Positions 11,891-23,227 of a stretch of 64,000 nt of DNA are shown here, one piece after another. The translations under genes and the position numbers were made by a program. Source of the stretch: Octopus sinensis (taxonomy: Eukaryota). The notes beneath the pieces were generated by a model that had not been told where the DNA came from, made no database searches, and worked only from the letters and a program-made list of their open reading frames with translations. The DNA lies in contig NW_021824841.1 in the NCBI RefSeq assembly GCF_006345805.1, positions 1,255 to 65,254 of the forward strand, in the 5' to 3' direction. How positions within the stretch are numbered: position 1 is the stretch's first letter; each line of letters begins with the position of its first letter.

Positions 11891-13125
11891 CGGGTAACCC
11901 TGTTCTCTAGCGTTATTAACTTAGAAGTCGTTTCTGTGTACCATTAATTAAGGTTAAATATAATTATATTACAATAACACACAGGATTGAACTTTTGTTG
12001 GTAAATTGCATCAAGAATATATAATGAATAATCCAACCTAATACCTAGTACAAATTACCTGAAATTCTTTCCTTCTCCTTAGTAAATAAAGTAAAATGAT
12101 TACAACTAAGAATCAACATGAAGCCACGTACTCGGAAGTTTACTTGTTTATTTTATATTTATTACCTTGTATTGGAGATGTATTAACGTGTATAAACATT
12201 TCATATCCAAAGCCCTACATTTCACTCAAATTAGACCAAAGGTAAAATGACTTTAAATGAATTTAGAAGAAAATAAATGTAATATAGATATAAAATATGA
12301 TATTTAGTTTGTCGTACCATTTTATTAAATAGTTGATTTTGGTTATGATGACATCGCTGCAATTGAAATGGTCGTATTTTTAATAGTATCTATTGGCTAT
12401 ATGATAGGTAAAGTTTTCCCCCTATCAAAATATTTAGCTACCGTCGCGATTTCTGGCATAGCTAGTCGTCATTCGCAAATGGGAATAGGCTTAATAGCAT
12501 ATGCTCTGGTTTTGCGAATTATTACAGGTATTATATAGTTGAAAACATGCCTAGATAAGCCCTCGGTCTTGCATCAGTTGTGTGACAGATGGAAGAGAAG
12601 ACGGCTGCACCAGCACCTAAATGATAGTCAGTACAGCAAACTAGAACAATGGGAAATGAAGTACTTTCCTCCAGGACACACCTGTCTGTCCTATCCAGAA
12701 ATCGAGCTCGCCACATTGTGATCATGAGCCAAAGAGCACAACCATCAGAACACGCGCCAATGATTTTGGGTGGTGTAATATGTTTCTAAATATCTTTTAA
12801 GAATGAGAAAATATTGATCATAAACTTCTTTGACTGGCCTTCTCCTAATATAGACAGATACAGCGAAGGATAGCAATATAATCTAACACACACTTATGAT
12901 CTAAATATTACATCCTATGAACGAAATAATATATTAAATTAGATTTGGTCGTAATACACTTAATCTTGGATCAGCAGATGTATCAACAATATATGCAATA
13001 TAAGCTGGTTTGACATTGCTTACTGATGCACGATGGTGTAGCAAAGGATTGATAAAACTGCAATCAAACACACGTTCGACTTGGGAATGTTGCAGACGAA
13101 TGGCAGAATCAATGATATAAAATGA

Positions 13126-13163
13126 TATAAAAGTGAGATGAAACAGACAACAACAAGTCATTT
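13126..13163 (+). promoter_or_regulatory. TATA and Inr of precursor B1
   Basis: Tandem TATAAAA boxes, the second at 13126-13133, and TCATTT with its A at 13160. There is no polypyrimidine tract upstream, so this looks like a first exon. Confidence 0.55.
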
Positions 13164-13182
13164 CTCCATCGAAATGTTTAAC

Positions 13183-13623
13183 ATGAGCAGAATTGTTTGT
13201 TTGATTTAAGCAGTCCTCCTGGTTAAATTTCTGGAAAGTGGTGGTGATGCGTTCTCTCTAGAAAAACGAAATGACAGTGTTCGGAGTTATAACGATACTC
13301 CGCATGCCGGTGTTGTGAGTTATAACGATACTCCGCATGCCGGTGTTGTGGATGATATTCAGAATATCGGTACTCCGCATGACGGTGTTGTAAGTTATAA
13401 CGATACTCTGCATGCCGGTGTTGTGGATGATATTCAGAATATCGGTACTCCGCATGACGGTGTTGTGAGTTATAACGATACTCCGCATGTTGGTGTTGTG
13501 AATAATATTCAGAATAACGCAGCAGCAGCTGCTAATTCACTAAACAAATGTATTATCCAATATAGAATGAGACTTTGCAAGAATGGACGTGGTTGTCGAA
13601 AACCAAAGAAATATGGAAAATAG
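13183..13623 (+). pseudogene. Repeat-containing secreted peptide precursor B1 with a nonsense codon in the signal peptide
   Basis: ATG AGC AGA ATT GTT TGT TTG ATT TAA: codon 9 (13207-13209) is TAA where copies B2 and C have TAT. The frame then continues AVLLVKFLESGGDAFSLEKR, repeats, NSLNKCIIQYRMRLCKNGRGCRKPKKYGK* to 13623. Donor ccag|gtaacg at 13669. Confidence 0.85.
13285..13500 (+). repeat. Coding minisatellite of B1: 33-bp and 42-bp units (11,11,14,11,14,11 codons)
   Basis: Units agttataacgatactccgcatgccggtgttgtg and gatgatattcagaatatcggtactccgcatgacggtgttgt(a/g). Confidence 0.9.
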
Positions 13624-14239
13624 CGTTTGATGGAAAAGAGTTCATGAGCGTTCTGAAAATCTTTACCAGGTAACGTATCCAATGAAACGTATTATGACTT
13701 TATGTTTTAATTTGAAGATTAGATTCAAAGCTGATATAAATAAGTACACAGAGATTCTTGAATTGTCTTTCTAATAATTTTTTATCTGTATTTTACATAA
13801 ATGCAGACTACTGTAGAATGTTTTCATCGATTTCTGAATTAAATATATCATTCAACAAATTCAGAAAATAATAACCCAAGAGTGTTTTGTTAAGTGTATG
13901 CATTTTTAAATTTGGTTCTTTAGTTATAAAGATCACTTTGGAAAACCTATTAGGAACCAATATTACTGTAAGTAAATATTCTTCCAAGAAATTAGAACCT
14001 CATACACTTTCTTCGAAACGCAGATTTTATAACAGCATTTTTGCTATTTTAAATTTATCTTAGATTTTCTGAGAAATGCTGTATTAGAATCAAAGATATA
14101 TTTGTTAATCCTTATGAGGCTGCCGATGAACGCTGAACAATTCTTCTCATTACATCGGCAACGATGTATGTCATGTGAAGAGCGTTTCTTATGGAAAGAT
14201 ATCTTCGCCTGTCTTGTAATGATATATTTACTCTAAAAA

Positions 14240-14800
14240 AAAACTACATTTCAAAAGCGTTTCATGTAGGTGTTTCTTCAGATGTAGAATCCGCAATTCT
14301 GAGACGTAATTTGCAATTAGGGGAATAAGGTCGTTGTACAGTCGAGCACTGAGTCGCTGGTGGGTATCCTGTAGGTTTTAGATCCCGTTTCATAACTTCC
14401 CAATCATTTAAGGCGATGGTTACAATCCGTCCTTTTAGATCTGCTTATCCATTTGGTATTATACTGTCGAGAAACCTAAACTGGTCTACTTTAGAAGCCG
14501 CCAGTGGGACAATGTCATTGCTCCATGACAGGATCTGGCACTTCAAGGCGTTTGTATCTGTGCCTCATGTTTAACGGCTTCGTGGATATACTGAATTTGT
14601 CATAGCAACAACAGTGGATACATGGGTCGTGTCATCCAGATACCTAATACTTTTGGAGAGTGCATGAGTGAATAAGAAACTTTTTCATGTGACTTTTCGT
14701 TCTCTCGGAGTACAAACATTATTATCGAATATCGCTTCTTTTATTTGCACTTGATTGGGATCCACGGTTATTACTTACATCATCTTCTATAGCGCTTTTC
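14240..14800 (-). mobile_element. Degenerate reverse-transcriptase fragment (Penelope-like) in the B intron
   Basis: SIRYLDDT in the mirror copy (about 30090-30118) and a downstream FLD. Heavily decayed. Confidence 0.35.
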
Positions 14801-15454
14801 TTTAGATGTTGTCGAATGCAGCATTAAAAACTATGAATTTAAAATACAATGACACCAGAAATTCTATTGCTTTCAAAATTTTTTTCCCGACTATACAACT
14901 ATGTCTCCACCGAAACTAAAATATGATTAAATCTCTCTCACCCTTTCCCATCACGGCGCTTCTTTTGGTTTTGCTTTTCATTCTGTCACCAGGTTTCCCG
15001 TTATTGACGAGAAAGAAATTAGCTTGTTTCGAACTTTTGCTTGTCGCCCCTGTTATATATCGGTGTTACCAACATAGGGATCTAATGTTTCGGCGTCCTT
15101 TCTGTCCCTCATATCATTTTAAACATTAACCACTATCTCTCTTCCTTCTTTTATTACTTCGGTTTATTATATAAAGAGTTCGGCGCCGGGCTGTGCTATA
15201 CACTACAATTGTGAACACGTTCACACAAATACACACACACACACACACACACGCACACACACGCGCGCACACACACAAATACTCACTCACACAAATACAC
15301 ATACACACACAAATACACATACACAAGCACACACAATTACACAAATACACACATACACACATAAACACAAACAGGTCTAAAGAAAGTTGGGACGGTTGTG
15401 AGGGAGAGGAAAACATACAAAATCTTATTGCTCTTGTTTTTTTTTCTTTTTCAG

Positions 15455-15507
15455 GCGATTTTAATCCCAATGAACTGAAACCTGAATCTAACATTTGTTA
15501 AAATAAA
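15455..15507 (+). other. Common terminal exon, copy 1 (GDFNPNELKPESNIC* in phase 1) with poly(A) signal
   Basis: Strong acceptor tttttttttctttttcag| at 15454, TAA at 15499-15501, AATAAA at 15502-15507. The peptide matches my recollection of the OctTK-II precursor C-terminus. Confidence 0.8.
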
Positions 15508-17902
15508 ATATGAAAGCATATCAAATTTGTTTGTATTTATTTATATGATCGACATTGTTTCTGCCAACATTGTATTTTTATGGAGAAGTGTAATAATTGC
15601 AGGGATCCATTGTGGTTACAATATATTTGCAACAATGATGAGCCAAATACCGAACTTCTGTTCAGATTATTATAAGAACGTTTTTCCTTAGTACTACTTA
15701 TTTTCAGGATATAAGTATAAACGTCATAGAATCTCATTGTATATTCTGTGAGCACAAAACAATATTTAAGTTTAATAATTTCTCAGAGAATGTAGTAATC
15801 ACAGTTTACTCTGTGTTTTCAAAAATTATTTGAACTAAGAATTCTACTTGGGGGTTTTAGGGTGTAAGAACAAACTGAAAGTGAGATATATATGGACCAA
15901 GTTCATTTAAATGATTGGGGGTAGGTCGACTGAGTAAATTTTAATGTAAATTAGGACATTTTATACATTATAAAAATGCAAATTATTAAAAGTATTTATA
16001 AAGCCAAGAAGCTAACTTAGGTAATTAAATGCGACATTGCTTTCATTGTGCAAAAGATTATTATGAAGATAGCTGTTAAAAATGTAATCCATTGATTTTG
16101 CCGCGAGGAAAATGAAATACCTAACTTTATTTGGACAGTACCCTTCATCGGAAATGATGTTTCTATAGTACCGAATGAATAGATTGGGCACGCAAGAACA
16201 TTAAGAAAACAACACTCTTCGGGGATAAGTACTGCCTTATTTATTCTGTGTCTGCTTTTCATCACCCCTGGCATAATCGAGCGCTCGTGATCTCTAGTCC
16301 AACTGTTTGATATACTTTAAGGAACAGAAGTCGAAAATAAAGCATCCAGTTTAGTAAAAAGAATAAAAATGACTTGTCAGCACATAATTTGATGAACAGA
16401 TCTTAAAATAGAAATATAACCGCTTATCACGAATAATGAGGACAACCATTAATAGATCGATATATTATTTAAGTCGGTGTGATTTTATATAGAAACAATA
16501 TAATTAAGAAAGGAGAGACAACCTTGAAAGATTCTTGAGCAGTGAGGTTTATTTCCGAAAATTATAATCATCCTTATCATAAAGATTATTGAAATATAAA
16601 TAAAAGTAATTCCAAGACCACTTCAGATATACACAGAACGAAGACAGAGTCACTACACATATCAAAGAAATACAATATTACAGTAATCTTTTGTCATCTT
16701 CACAACTCAAATTCTAACATCTATATTATAGCATGGCTACATCTCCATCTTCTACATTGCTCCAGATCTAAGAATGCCTTTTACATTTGATCTTAATATA
16801 TTTTATGAAGCAGCAACTACAGTCATAAAACAGTAGTGACGGTGAAGTTGCTGGTCATGCACACATTCTCCATAAGTGTTTCACAAACATTTGTAGTTCA
16901 GCGACTCCTTTCACTTGTTAGTCTTCTACAAAGTCTCTCTCTCTATGAGTTGCCGAAGAAAAATGAACAATAAAAAAAACAACATTTTAATCCAACAGAA
17001 ATTAAAATATTTTGCTTATACTATTCCATTTAAAATGTGTCCCCATATAGATATATTTTTGTAAGGTAAAAACTTATATTGGTTCTTGAAGTGTCTGACA
17101 ACACAATGTACCCTGTATTCTTATTTTGCTCTTAGCAAAGATTTTTAATAAGCGTAAAATATAAGTATTGAACATGGTTAGAATACCTTATTTTTAAAGG
17201 AAATCATGAGACTTCTGAATACCCAGCAATTGCCTTAGCACCTCATTGGTACATGCCATACATCGTGAGCTTACGAAGCTTCTACCCAGATTAAGTCCCA
17301 CATATCTTGATTGTAACTCAGGAAAGAACATTTTGTAGAATACCATATTTCTTTCGGCAGTTTCGGAAAGCGACTAGACCGATTCGCAACGTAATGCAAG
17401 TGCCTATTGTCTTTTTTGCTTAAAAGTTCATTCCCTGAGAGCTCCCACCTTCTGTTATGTGTTTCTAATACAGGGACGAAATAAATTCTTGTTTCCCATT
17501 TCCAAATGAAGGAACATACAGACTATTTATTTTATGGTACCAAAATATTTGTATCGTATGCTAGGATTACTATCTTAGTAGAATAAATAATGCTGTAACA
17601 TGAATATAAGAAATGAATATATTGAATATAAGAATGAATATAAGAAATGAATATATTCACATGAAAATGAATATAAGAAAAGGAATATAAGAAATGAATA
17701 TATTCACATGAAAACTTTATATCGCTTCTATTAAATGGAGTTTAAAATTGTCTTCACTTTTTTGTGTCTCTAGCATTAAGCTTCCTTATTTGGGAGCCTT
17801 TTATTATATTTCTATATGAATAATATTTTGTCTAATGACTAATTCGTCTTTTGTGCTGGGCCACTGGTAATAATAACTTATGTTATTACCCTTTTTGATT
17901 AT

Positions 17903-17973
<71 letters not shown>

Positions 17974-18009
17974 ATATATATGTATATGTATATAATATAC
18001 CCTAACGAT

Positions 18010-18550
18010 ACAAACGGGACCAGATCACAGGCTAAAATCTACATGTCCATCCCTCTAACTTCTCTTATAAGCAAAGTCTTTGGACGAATTGTCAGACAAC
18101 TTTCTTAGAAGAAAATGAAATACCTTTGACTTACTGAACTTCCATTCAGGAAGAATGTTCCTCAGACGGCTCTTACGGCACTATGATGGGGTTTGATGCA
18201 AGTTATTCGATCATTCAAATGTCGATGTAGTATATCTTGACTTCGCAAGGGCTTTGACAAGGTGGATCATGACACGAGACACTGGCATAAACGGTAAACT
18301 GGGAGTGTGGCTAAATCACTTCCTGAAAGACAGAAGTCAGGCAGTTGTAGATAATGTTGCTCTCTCGAAAGAAACACATTCTCAGTGGCAATTTCTCACG
18401 GTTCTGTTTGTAGACTACTGCTGTTTATAACAGGCCTTTGAAATATGTCCATGGCCATTCAGACAGCATCTGTCAACAACTACACCGACAATACAAAATT
18501 ATCACAGGTAATAAAGATGTTGCAAGCTTACAGCTGGACCTAAATGTTTT
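18010..18550 (+). mobile_element. CR1-type LINE RT fragment
   Basis: gatgtagtatatcttgacttcgcaagggctttgacaaggtggatcat encodes a DVVYLDFA..FDKVDH motif (frameshifted). Mirrored at about 27866-28260. Confidence 0.75.
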
Positions 18551-19144
18551 GGGTCGGTGCATAATTACTGCGGCTTTTTTAAAACAACTTTTATTCAACA
18601 AAAACAATAACAACATGTAACAAAAACATCTTATTATTATTCCGGAGCATATTCACCATCTACTTCAATTAATGCTTGCCATTTGCTTGGCAGATAATCA
18701 GACCGTCATTTAAAGTTGCTTTTTTGTTAAATATAGTTATTGTTTATGTTGAATAAAATTTGTTGAAAAAAAGCCGCAATAATTATGCACCAACCCAATA
18801 ATATACAACTGGGCTGAAGAAAACTAAAGTCTCGGTATGAAGTACAGATGAGGGCAGCACTGCCAGACACCAAACGAAAACTCAGCCAAATAAGGTAGCT
18901 GCATATACATATATATATATGAGATCGCCATGTTGATTCGCTAGCTTCTGCACGCATTTTTTTTCTTTCCTTGTTTCTCTCCGTGTTTCTTTTCTGTGTA
19001 TCTTTCTGTTGAAGAGCGTAGGCTCGAAACGTAAAAGACTTGTTTTATTTATATTCCTGAGCGCCATACTAATACAATTGTTTGTTTATATTCCACCTGC
19101 CTTCGTCTTTTGTTTATTTTCATAAAGCTTCCCGTTATATATAT

Positions 19145-19680
19145 ATAAATTACAAAATACAAAGTTATATCTTGAGACCGTTAGTGACAACAACACTCAA
19201 AATATATAATATATAAGACTGAAATTGTAGTGCTCAAATGAGCTGTATACACTTATTAATCCGAGGGGAGGCAATGTGAGCAGCAACTAAAGGAACATTA
19301 CAAAATCCACAGAAAGATCAAACACATACATATATTCATATATTCATTTATATCTACAGAACAGATTTAAAGTCCGACGTTTAAAAATATAGTAATGTAT
19401 AAACATCATATAAAAATATGTAAAAATATATAAGAATCAGTGTTGCATATTTAGCACATTGAATTTGCTCTTAAAATCATAAAACATTCGGTAAAAATTT
19501 GTTAAATTAAAAATTTGGGGTAATACAACATACAATGCCATATTAAAATTCCAGAGAAAATACAGAAAAGATAAATATACAAAATTACAAAAATCCCAAA
19601 ATACAAAAATGGGCCGTTTCGGAGATGCGCCAATTAATATGAAACATATATTTGAAATTGACACTCCCCTCGTCAGGATG
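19145..19680 (-). mobile_element. Penelope pseudo-LTR copy with a disabled hammerhead
   Basis: Matches 27286-27850. Its 3' part matches the sequence leading into the central Penelope ORF at 26579-26630. Confidence 0.6.
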
Positions 19681-19799
19681 TTTTTTACACACAACACATA
19701 ATACACGGAAACATATGCACAATTATATACCAGAATCTTTTATTACCCACAAAGGGGGCCAACAAAGAAGGGACAATATAATCTGATTTTGGGGTCAGA

Positions 19800-22700
19800 T
19801 GAACGAATGATTATACAAGAAAGATGACAACAAATTCACACAAATACGAAAATATAATAAAATCGAATGATAAGACAGACCGGAAGACATTACGGATGGA
19901 GTGTCGGGGCGGATTTTATTCGGATCACACGAGCCCCGCCTCGCCACTGATACCTGATTTACATCCTGTGTCGCATTCATGAGGTTCCATCCACACGCAA
20001 CATCCGTGCTGCATTCTTCCATCGATCTTCAAACATTTTCGCAGTCAGGCATTTTCTCTCTAGCCTTATTTTCCTTTTAAGGTGAAAGGTGAAGTAATTC
20101 ACCAATTCAGAGCCAGAGATGAAATTGCCTGACTCTAACCCTTTCAGCCTCGTTTTCCAAATTACCTCTCTCGCAATTGCTACTACAATGAGAAAACATT
20201 TCTTACCTTCTTTCGAGAGGAAATCAGGCGGGTCAATTTTTACAATAGACGCAGTCGACAGCTGTATTCTTCGTGCACTTGACAACAGTTGTTCAGCATA
20301 AACCCACACATCTGACACCTCCGAACATTGAACAGTAGCATACGGGACGGTTTCCCTATCCCGCTCACATCTTGGACAGGTCGAAGGGCCGTGGCCACCA
20401 TGCCTTGTGAGCTTGTCCCGAACAGGTAAGGCTCCTCTGTAACATTGCCATGCCAGAGACTGCTGAAAGTTATCCAGGGTCTTCGGCCCGAATGTACGTT
20501 GGAACAGACTGGTCAGCTGATTATCGTCAAGACCTAGGGTTTCCCCTGAGGTATCGTCACATTCCGCCTCTAACAGCCCTCTATAAAAGAATGTGGTGGA
20601 ACCCCCACCGCAGGCATTGCTCGAGCGACGGAATAGCATGAGAGCCTTGCGACACTCCATGAACCATGTACCCAACTTCGATCTTCGATAGAACCAGGAT
20701 TCCCGTCCACTGAAACTAGTGAACCTGGGAAACATACGTTTCGCCAGTGGAGACCACACTCGTTCACCATCCTCAGCGCATCAACAGCCAAGGCATCCCT
20801 AGCCCACCCTTTAACGGTTGTTGGCAGCAAGTAGAGCGTTTCACAAGCGGTTTCGAGCCCTTCCACAAAAAGTGGAAGAGTTGTCTTTCCAGCTTGGTCA
20901 ACCACGAATCAGGGCAAGGAACGACGGTTAGGCGGTTGGTGATGACCGATGCGATGAACACATTGGCTACCACCGCCCTCCCTTTCAAGGATAGCCACCG
21001 CCAAGACTAGGTCTTGACTATGTGAGTCACCCTGCTAGATATCTCGGACCAGTTCTTCTCTATTTGGAGGTCTGGTCCAAACCAAACCCCTAGCAACTTA
21101 ATCGGACCCTCCGTCCAACGTCCCACAATGCTGTCAGGAGGCATCAACTTGCCTCTCCAGGTGCCGGGCTGCAAGCCGACTGACTTTTCACGATTAACGT
21201 TTGCTCCTGCCACCGTCTCGTAAACCTTAATGGCCTTGGTGATCCATTTCGGTTACGATTATGGTGATGTCATCCGCGTAAGCTGAAACCGACTTTCCAC
21301 GACCTGGCTGTCTCGGGATGCCGCTCAATTTTCGTAGTAATGGCTCAAGAGCCATCACGTACAAAAGCGGTTGATGTTGAACGGCCTTGATAAAAAATCG
21401 TTCACCAGAACTGCGGAGCCGACGTTGTCATAAATCTGAATGATCCACCTGAGAAAGCCAAGACCCAGGCCGAACTGTGCCAGGACGGACACCAGGCAGC
21501 GAGGGTCAACCCTATCAAAAGCCTTAGATTGGTCTAAATGGACCAGTGCCCCACCCTTGCCAGAATCACTATTAAACCCCTCCAAAGTGTACCACATAAG
21601 ATGGAGATTATCCTGGATGGTTCTGTCGGGAACAGCACATGTCTGTGCCTCCCCGATCAGACCATCCGCGACACGCGCCAATCTTTTCGATAACACTTTG
21701 GTCAAAATCTTCAACACTGTTACCCGCGCCTTACCCACACCGTAGTCTGCCATGGCCTCAATTACTTCCTCAGGTGTGATCGGCTCTTCGCAGCCCTCCG
21801 CGTACCGCCCCGATAGGCGCGGCAGCCCGGCGAGGAAGTCCGTTAGGTCCCTCCTACTATCCGGTCCGCCGCCCCTACCGAAAAGCTGGGCGAAGTACTC
21901 CTGAAAAGCCTCACGCATCTCCTCGGGTTCGCCTATCAACTTCACTTGTTGGTTCGTCGAAGATCGGATTGTGGCATCATTACTACGTTGGGCATCCACT
22001 TATCGAGCCCATCCTGCGGCCTTGATTCCCTCACAAGCCACTGCACGAAGCCTAGCCCTGACAATGCAACCCATGTGTTTGGCCTCAAGGTGCTGGTTTA
22101 ATGCCAGTCTCTTGGCCTTCACCTGAGCCGCAGAGCCAGTTTTCATAGCTTCCTCTCAATCCTTAACTAAAATTGATTCCCTCCTAGCCTCTCTAGTCAC
22201 TAAAACTATGCTATATCTAATAGACTCAAATTTTATGGCTCGCTTGAGGGCATACCACCATTTATTATTAATAATGGAACTAGTTAATGCCCTCTGAATC
22301 AACATCCTAATCCGGTCTCTGTACTCCTTAAGCGCCAAGAGGGACGTATTAAGTTTCCAGTAGCCAGAGCCTCTTTTATATAACTTATCTATGTCAAGCT
22401 TAGAGGTGACCGTTTAATGATCACTGTAGCTGACCGGGTGAAACTGTGGACACTTAGCTATCTTTCTATCTGCTTTTCTAATTAGCACTCTATCTATGTA
22501 TGACCTGGAAGATCCGTCGCTATTTGACCATGTCCACAATGGAGCGTTCGGATATTCCAACCTATATGGATCTGCTTGCTCAAAGCGGCTTAGAAGTTCA
22601 AGGAAGCCATGGTAACCTTTTCTATTTGGACACGAGTCACAGGTGAGAACGAGAAAGATGTATGCATTTCCATTTTTTTTCACAAAAATTGGCTTCAAAA

Positions 22701-22890
22701 GCCTTTCACAAAAATTGGCTTAAAAAGCCACAAGATATAGTAACAATAATTCCCCCGCAGGGAGGAATTTCAACAAGTAGCTTCCAAAGAAAGCAAACAA
22801 CAGTTTTTTTTCAACAAAACAATAACAATAATTCACAGTAACAATATTCACAGAGAAAAAAATTGAAACGTACCAACAACAGGAGAGACT
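19800..22890 (-). mobile_element. Tx1/L1-clade non-LTR retrotransposon ORF2 remnant
   Basis: Endonuclease YIDRVLI and SDH, RT LDQSKAFDRV and VSAYADDITI (about 21260-21290), LPVRDKL and CPRC...ETV...C C-terminal zinc motif. Multiple frameshifts. Confidence 0.9.
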
Positions 22891-23227
22891 AAATAAGCAA
22901 CTTGTGCGAGAGAACAGACATTACATACTCCCCAAAATTCACATAGATACTGAATGCTACTTAATAAGCATATAATTTAATCTAAAAGCCATGGTAAAGA
23001 GTATGTGAACAGCTCCATCTGGACTATTTCATTTCTGCACTTTAATTTAATTTTAATTTTTAATTTTTTAATTTACTTCCATTCATGTAAAACCACATAT
23101 TCGAGTTCAAGTCCTTGATACATTTTATACTAATTGCTATTTTTACTTTTAATTGTTATATTACGATTTAATTATTATACTTTAGTTTGATTTTAATTAC
23201 CGCTTACTATATTTAATTCAATTGTCT

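Larger units (their letters stand above)
12964..19680. repeat. Palindrome left arm, inner segment (inverted copy at about 26640-31812)
   Basis: ORF pairs 14923/29821 and 16017/28793 are mirror images. The right copy lacks about 16451-17950 and is rearranged between 26.6 and 27.9 kb. Confidence 0.93.

Noticed and set aside
12531-12725. ORF conserved between 12531-12725 and 56517-56711, and the identical ORF pair 16017-16274 / 28536-28793
   Set aside because: Conservation is explained by segmental duplication. There are no domain motifs or convincing splice signals.
13285-13500. 33-bp repeats as a CRISPR-like array (also 31261-31491)
   Set aside because: The units are contiguous with no unique spacers, keep the reading frame of a secreted protein, and sit in eukaryotic DNA. 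This is a coding minisatellite.
15455-15501. Purifying selection on the terminal-exon peptide in B and C genes
   Set aside because: B and C stop before the donor, so the exon is 3' UTR for them, and the differences between copies 1 and 3 are mostly amino-acid changing.
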